This document shows positions 56,701 to 64,000 of a stretch of 64,000 nucleotides of DNA, one piece after another. The notes beneath the pieces are model-generated. The model was not told the origin of the DNA. It saw only the letters and a program-made list of their open reading frames with translations, and did not search any database. The stretch's first letter is position 1; each line of letters begins with the position of its first letter. Location of the stretch: positions 7,316,001 through 7,380,000 of the forward strand of contig OZ193910.1 in the NCBI GenBank assembly GCA_964276515.1. The letters run 5' to 3'. The stretch comes from Gordius albopunctatus (taxonomy: Eukaryota). The translations under genes and the position numbers were made by a program.

Positions 56701-59700
56701 TGCGTTTAGATTGTTTCAATATCGCTTTATAAGCGTAGATTGAGAGAAATTAAAATTTTCGTGTTGCGTTTAGATTGTTTCAATATCGCTTTATAAGCGT
56801 GTCTCTAGTTTTAGTGAAACAGGCTCTATGCGATCGTGATTTAGAGTTAATAATTTTTGATGACTGATCAAAAAAAATGTTTTTCAAGGAATTAACATTT
56901 TTTACCGAAAACTTTCATGAGAGCTATATGGTTGAACAAAAAAATTGAAAAAATTTTGAGGTCGAAAAAAATATTATTTTTCATATTCATTCGAAAGCGA
57001 GATGAAAAAATCTTTAAAAGTTAGTAAATATTCTTAGCATTTTGTCCTTGTTAGAATCTTGATAGGAATTTATGCGTGGGAGGATGTTTTAGATTGAGAG
57101 AAATTAAAATTTAGGTGTTGCGTTTATATTGTTTCAATATCGCTTTATAAGCGTGTCTCTAGTTTTAGTGAAACAAGCTCTATGCGATCGTGATTTAGAG
57201 TTAATAATTTTTGATGACTGATCAAAAAAATGTTTTTAAAGGAATTCACCTCTTATACCGAAAACTTTCATGAGAGCTATATGGTTGAACAAAAAAAATT
57301 AAAACAATTTTGAGGTCGAAAAAAATATTATTTTTCATATTCTTTCGAAAGGGAGATGAAAAAAGAATTTTTGCGTGGGGGATGTTTGAGATTGAGAGAA
57401 ATTAAAATTTTCGTGTTGCGTTTAGATTGTTTCAATATCGCTTTATAAGCGTGTTTCTAGTTTTAGTGAAACAGGCTCTATGCGATCGTGATTTAGAGTT
57501 AATAATTTTTGATGACTGATCAAAAAAATATTTTTCAAGGAATTCACCTCTTATACCGAAAACTTTCATAAGAGCTATATGGTTGAACAAAAAAATTGAA
57601 AAAATTTTGAGGTCGAAAAAAATATTATTTTTCATATTCTTTCGAAAGGGATGATGAAAAAACCTTTAAAAGTTAGTAAATACTGATAGAATTTTGTCCT
57701 TGTTAGAATCTTGATAGGAACTTTTGCGTGGGGTGATGTTTTAGATTGAGAGAAATTAAAATTTTCGTGTTGCGTTTAGATTGTTTCAATATCGCTTTAT
57801 AAGCGTGTCTCTAGTTTTAGTGAAACAAGCTCCATGCGATCGTGATTTAGAGTTAATAATTTTTGATGACTGATCAAAAAAAATGTTTTTCAAGGAATTA
57901 ACATTTTTTACCGAAAACTTTCATGAGAGCTATATGGTTGAAGAAAAAATTGAAAAAATTATGAGGTCGAAAAAAATATTATTTTTCATATTCTTTCGAA
58001 AGGGAGATGAAAAAACCTTTAAAAGATAGTAAATACTCATAGAATTTTGTCCTTGTTTGAATCTTGATAGGAAATTTTGCGTGGGGTGATGTTTTAGATT
58101 GAGAGAAATTAAAATTTTCGTGCTGCGTTTAGATTGTTTCAATATCGCTTTATAACTGTGTCTCTAGTTTTAGTGAAACAAGCTCCATGCGATCGTGATT
58201 TAGAGTTAATAATTTTTGATGACTGATCAAAAAAAATGTTTTTAAAGGAATTAACATTTTTTACCGAAGAATTTCTTAGAGCTATATGGTTGAACAAAAA
58301 AATTGATAAAATTTTGAGGTCGAAAAAATATTATTTTTCATATTCTTTCGAAAGGGAGATGAAAAAATCTTTAAAAGATTTTAAATATTCTTAGCATTTT
58401 GTCCTTGTTAGAATCTTGATAGGAATTTATGCGTGGGAGGATGTTTTAGATTGAGAGAAATTAAAATTTAGGTGTTGCGTTTAGATGTTTCAATATCGCT
58501 TTATAAGCGTGTCTCTAGTTTTAGTGAAACAAGCTCCATGCGATCGTGATTTAGAGTTAATAATTTTTGATGACTGATCAAAAAAAATGTTTTTCAAGGA
58601 ATTAACATTTTTTACCGAAAACTTTCATGAGAGCTATAGGGTTGAAGAAAAAATTGAAAAAATTATGAGGTCGAAAAAAATATTATTTTTCATATTCTTT
58701 CGAAAGGGAGATGAAAAAATCTTTAATAGTTAGTAAATACTCTTAGAATTTTGTCCTTGTTTGAATCTTGATAGGAATTTTTGCGTGGGGGGATGTTTTA
58801 GATTGAGAGAAATTAAAATTTAGGTGTTGCGTTTATATTGTTTCAATATCGCTTTATAAGCGTGTCTCTAGTTTTAGTGAAACAAGCTCCATGCGATCGT
58901 GATTTAGAGTTAATAATTTTTGATGACTGATCAAAAAAAATGTTTTTCAAGGAATTAACATTTTTTACCGAAAACTTTCATGAGAGCTATAGGGTTGAAG
59001 AAAAAATTGAAAAAATTATGAGGTCGAAAAAAATATTATTTTTCATATTCATTCGAAAGCGAGATGAAAAAATCTTTAAAAGTTAGTAAATATTCTTAGC
59101 ATTTTGTCCTTGTTAGAATCTTGATAGGAATTTATGCGTGGGAGGATGTTTTAGATTGAGAGAAATTAAAATTTAGGTGTTGCGTTTATATTGTTTCAAT
59201 ATCGCTTTATAAGCGTGTCTCTAGTTTTAGTGAAACAAGCTCTATGCGATCGTGATTTAGAGTTAATAATTTTTGATGACTGATCAAAAAAATGTTTTTA
59301 AAGGAATTCACCTCTTATACCGAAAACTTTCATGAGAGCTATATGGTTGAACAAAAAAAATTAAAACAATTTTGAGGTCGAAAAAAATATTATTTTTCAT
59401 ATTCTTTCGAAAGGGAGATGAAAAAAGAATTTTATGTTTGAGATTGAGAGAAATTAAAATTTTCGTGTTGCGTTTAGATTGTTTCAATATCGCTTTATAA
59501 GCGTAGATTGAGAGAAATTAAAATTTTCGTGTTGCGTTTAGATTGTTTCAATATCGCTTTATAAGCGTGTCTCTAGTTTTAGTGAAACAGGCTCTATGCG
59601 ATCGTGATTTAGAGTTAATAATTTTTGATGACTGATCAAAAAAAATGTTTTTCAAGGAATTAACATTTTTTACCGAAAACTTTCATGAGAGCTATATGGT

Positions 59701-60500
59701 TGAACAAAAAAATTGAAAAAATTTTGAGGTCGAAAAAAATATTATTTTTCATATTCATTCGAAAGCGAGATGAAAAAATCTTTAAAAGTTAGTAAATATT
59801 CTTAGCATTTTGTCCTTGTTAGAATCTTGATAGGAATTTATGCGTGGGAGGATGTTTTAGATTGAGAGAAATTAAAATTTAGGTGTTGCGTTTATATTGT
59901 TTCAATATCGCTTTATAAGCGTGTCTCTAGTTTTAGTGAAACAAGCTCTATGCGATCGTGATTTAGAGTTAATAATTTTTGATGACTGATCAAAAAAATG
60001 TTTTTAAAGGAATTCACCTCTTATACCGAAAACTTTCATGAGAGCTATATGGTTGAACAAAAAAAATTAAAACAATTTTGAGGTCGAAAAAAATATTATT
60101 TTTCATATTCTTTCGAAAGGGAGATGAAAAAAGAATTTTTGCGTGGGGGATGTTTGAGATTGAGAGAAATTAAAATTTTCGTGTTGCGTTTAGATTGTTT
60201 CAATATCGCTTTATAAGCGTGTTTCTAGTTTTAGTGAAACAGGCTCTATGCGATCGTGATTTAGAGTTAATAATTTTTGATGACTGATCAAAAAAATATT
60301 TTTCAAGGAATTCACCTCTTATACCGAAAACTTTCATAAGAGCTATATGGTTGAACAAAAAAATTGAAAAAATTTTGAGGTCGAAAAAAATATTATTTTT
60401 CATATTCTTTCGAAAGGGATGATGAAAAAACCTTTAAAAGTTAGTAAATACTGATAGAATTTTGTCCTTGTTAGAATCTTGATAGGAACTTTTGCGTGGG
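53750..60500 (-). repeat. Rearranged higher-order blocks in B (offsets 4178, 2768 and 1410 bp)
   Basis: The 64-bp duplication marker is at 55263, 56673 and 59441. ORF-track copies at 53752/57930 (+4178) and 57432/60200 (+2768) agree with these offsets. Confidence 0.8.
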
Positions 60501-63500
60501 GTGATGTTTGAGATTGAGAGAAATTAAAATTTTCGTGTTGCGTTTAGATTGTTTCAATATCGCTTTATAAGCGTGTTTCTAGTTTTAGTGAAACAGGCTC
60601 TATGCGATCGTGATTTAGAGTTAATAATTTTTGATGACTGATCAAAAAAATATTTTTCAAGGAATTCACCTCTTATACCGAAAACTTTCATAAGAGCTAT
60701 ATGGTTGAACAAAAAAATTGAAAAAATTTTGAGGTCGAAAAAAATATTATTTTTCATATTCTTTCGAAAGGGATGATGAAAAAACCTTTAAAAGTTAGTA
60801 AATACTGATAGAATTTTGTCCTTGTTAGAATCTTGATAGGAACTTTTGCGTGGGGTGATGTTTTAGATTGAGAGAAATTAAAATTTTCGTGTTGCGTTTA
60901 GATTGTTTCAATATCGCTTTATAAGCGTGTCTCTAGTTTTAGTGAAACAAGCTCCATGCGATCGTGATTTAGAGTTAATAATTTTTGATGACTGATCAAA
61001 AAAAATGTTTTTCAAGGAATTAACATTTTTTACCGAAAACTTTCATGAGAGCTATATGGTTGAAGAAAAAATTGAAACAATTTTGAGGTCGAAAAAAATA
61101 TTATTTTTCATATTCTTTCGAAAGGGAGATGAAAAAATCTTTAAAAGTTAGTAAATATTCTTAGCATTTTGTCCTTGTTAGAATCTTGATAGGAATTTAT
61201 GCGTGGGAGGATGTTTTAGATTGAGAGAAATTAAAATTTAGGTGTTGCGTTTATATTGTTTCAATATCGCTTTATAAGCGTGTCTCTAGTTTTAGTGAAA
61301 CAAGCTCTATGCGATCGTGATTTAGAGTTAATAATTTTTGATGACTGATCAAAAAAATGTTTTTAAAGGAATTCACCTCTTATACCGAAAACTTTCATGA
61401 GAGCTATATGGTTGAACAAAAAAAATTAAAACAATTTTGAGGTCAAAAAAAATATTATTTTTCATATTCTTTCGAAAGGGAGATGAAAAAAGAATTTTTG
61501 CGTGGGGGATGTTTGAGATTGAGAGAAATTAAAATTTTCGTGTTGCGTTTAGATTGTTTCAATATCGCTTTATAAGCGTGTTTCTAGTTTTAGTGAAACA
61601 GGCTCTATGCGATCGTGATTTAGAGTTAATAATTTTTGATGACTGATCAAAAAAATGTTTTTAAAGGAATTCACCTCTTATACCGAAAACTTTCATGAGA
61701 GCTATATGGTTGAACAAAAAAAATTAAAACAATTTTGAGGTCGAAAAAAATATTATTTTTCATATTCTTTCGAAAGGGAGATGAAAAAATCTTTAAAAGT
61801 TAGTAAATATTCTTAGCATTTTGTCCTTGTTAGAATCTTGATAGGAATTTATGCGTGGGAGGATGTTTTAGATTGAGAGAAATTAAAATTTTCGTGTTGC
61901 GTTTAGATTGTTTCAATATCGCTTTATAAGCGTGTTTCTAGTTTTAGTGAAACAGGCTCTATGCGATCGTGATTTAGAGTTAATAATTTTTGATGACTGA
62001 TCAAAAAAATATTTTTCAAGGAATTCACCTCTTATACCGAAAACTTTCATAAGAGCTATATGGTTGAACAAAAAAATTGAAAAAATTTTGAGGTCGAAAA
62101 AAATATTATTTTTCATATTCTTTCGAAAGGGATGATGAAAAAACCTTTAAAAGTTAGTAAATACTCATAGAATTTTGTCCTTGTTAGAATCTTGATAGGA
62201 ACTTTTGCGTGGGGTGATGTTTGAGATTGAGAGAAATTAAAATTTAGGTGTACGTTTATATTGTTTCAATATCGCTTTATAAGCGTGTCTCTAGTTTTAG
62301 TGAAACAAGCTCTATGCGATCGTGATTTAGAGTTAATAATTTTTGATGACTGATCAAAAAAATGTTTTTAAAGGAATTAACATTTTTTACCGAAAACTTT
62401 CATGAGAGCTATATGGTTGAAGAAAAAATTGAAACAATTTTGAGGTCGAAAAAAATATTATTTTTCATATTCTTTCGAAAGGGAGATGAAAAAATCTTTA
62501 AAAGTTAGTAAATATTCTTAGCATTTTGTCCTTGTTAGAATCTTGATAGGAATTTATGCGTGGGAGGATGTTTTAGATTGAGAGAAATTAAAATTTAGGT
62601 GTTGCGTTTAGATTGATTCAATTTCGCTTTATAAGCGTGTCTCTAGTTTTAGTGAAACAAGCTCTATGCGATCGTGATTTAGAGTTAATAATTTTTCATG
62701 ACTGATCAAAAAAAATGTTTTTCAAGGAATTAACATTTTTTACCGAAAACTTTCATGAGAGCTATATGGTTGAACAAAAAAAATTAAAACAATTTTGAGG
62801 TCAAAAAAAATATTATTTTTCATATTCTTTCGAAAGGGAGATGAAAAAATCTTTAAAAGTTAGTAAATATTCTTAGCATTTTGTCCTTGTTAGAATCTTG
62901 ATAGGAATTTATGCGTGGGAGGATGTTTTAGATTGAGAGAAATTAAAATTTAGGTGTTGCGTTTATATTGTTTCAATATCGCTTTATAAGCGTGTCTCTA
63001 GTTTTAGTGAAACAAGGTCCATGCGATCGTGATTTAGAGTTAATAATTTTTGATGACTGATCAAAAAAATGTTTTTAAAGGAATTAACATTTTTTACCGA
63101 AAACTTTCATGAGAGCTATATGGTTGAACAAAAAAAATTAAAACAATTTTGAGGTCAAAAAAAATATTATTTTTCATATTCTTTCGAAAGGGAGATGAAA
63201 AAATCTTTAAAAGTTAGTAAATATTCTTAGCATTTTGTCCTTGTTAGAATCTTGATAGGAATTTATGCGTGGGAGGATGTTTTAGATTGAGAGAAATTAA
63301 AATTTAGGTGTTGCGTTTATATTGTTTCAATATCGCTTTATAAGCGTGTCTCTAGTTTTAGTGAAACAAGGTCCATGCGATCGTGATTTAGAGTTAATAA
63401 TTTTTGATGACTGATCAAAAAAAATGTTTTTCAAGGAATTAACATTTTTTACCGAAAACTTTCATGAGAGCTATATGGTTGAACAAAAAAAATTAAAACA

Positions 63501-64000
63501 ATTTTGAGGTCAAAAAAAATATTATTTTTCATATTCTTTCGAAAGGGAGATGAAAAAATCTTTAAAAGTTAGTAAATATTCTTAGCATTTTGTCCTTGTT
63601 AGAATCTTGATAGGAATTTATGCGTGGGAGGATGTTTTAGATTGAGAGAAATTAAAATTTAGGTGTTGCGTTTATATTGTTTCAATATCGCTTTATAAGC
63701 GTGTCTCTAGTTTTAGTGAAACAAGCTCTATGCGATCGTGATTTAGAGTTAATAATTTTTGATGACTGATCAAAAAAATGTTTTTAAAGGAATTAACATT
63801 TTTTACCGAAAACTTTCATGAGAGCTATATGGTTGAAGAAAAAATTGAAACAATTTTGAGGTCGAAAAAAATATTATTTTTCATATTCTTTCGAAAGGGA
63901 TGATGAAAAAACCTTTAAAAGTTAGTAAATACTCATAGAATTTTGTCCTTGTTAGAATCTTGATAGGAACTTTTGCGTGGGGTGATGTTTGAGATTGAGA

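Larger units (their letters stand above)
45295..64000 (-). repeat. Satellite DNA array B, ~353-bp monomer, ~54 tandem copies; inverted, diverged homologue of array A
   Basis: tttcaatatcgctttataagcg at 45295 recurs at 45648 (353 bp) and onward. Ordered blocks match the reverse complement of A, e.g. B aaacaagctctatgcgatcgtgattt vs A-rc aaacatgctctatgcgatgatgattt, plus aactttcat and atatggttgaa. Strand is given relative to A. Confidence 0.97.

Noticed and set aside
47153..58142. Four identical 70-aa minus-strand ORFs (MKQSKRSTK...)
   Set aside because: They are chance open frames in one B monomer type, copied by higher-order duplication. Sibling monomers are interrupted by stops and frameshifts, the composition is rich in K/F/I/N/S from AT bias, and I recognise no domain.
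57432..62116. Four identical 67-aa minus-strand ORFs (MKNNIFFDLK...)
   Set aside because: Same reason: the frame depends on homopolymer length variants of the satellite, and nothing supports coding function.
1..64000. CRISPR array or other repeat-spacer system
   Set aside because: The entire 342/353-bp unit is repeated. There are no unique spacers between short repeats and no cas-like or other genes.
1..64000. Assignment to a named satellite family or species (e.g. ~360-bp insect satellites)
   Set aside because: Only length and AT content are similar. I cannot recognise the sequence without a database search.
1..64000. Tandem 5S rRNA, tRNA or snRNA gene array, or transposon-derived array
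   Set aside because: I saw no recognisable structural RNA, Pol III boxes, terminal inverted repeats, target-site duplications or coding remnants in either monomer.

Overview
The window is non-coding, AT-rich tandem satellite DNA of the kind found in eukaryotic (peri)centromeric heterochromatin. I found no credible genes, RNA genes, mobile elements or CRISPR arrays. Array A (1-45094) has about 131 head-to-tail copies of a ~342-bp monomer (341-346 bp; first monomer ~28% GC by hand count) and is highly homogeneous, with local higher-order duplications at offsets of 2, 6, 8, 9, 11, 15 and 26 monomers. A 200-N scaffolding gap (45095-45294) follows. Array B (45295-64000) has about 54 copies of a more heterogeneous ~353-bp monomer, with a 3477-bp (10-monomer) higher-order repeat and fixed deletion and duplication variants. 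The main observation is that B is a diverged, collinear homologue of the reverse complement of A, so the two arrays are related subfamilies in opposite orientation across the gap. Other points: a B monomer in which a ~65-bp loss is offset by a 64-bp duplication that restores the repeat period, dyad symmetry at the homologous position in both families, a clustered-substitution patch in A, and two deleted monomers near 7.9-8.05 kb. All listed ORFs are chance frames in the satellite or an artefact of the gap. The organism cannot be identified from this sequence alone.
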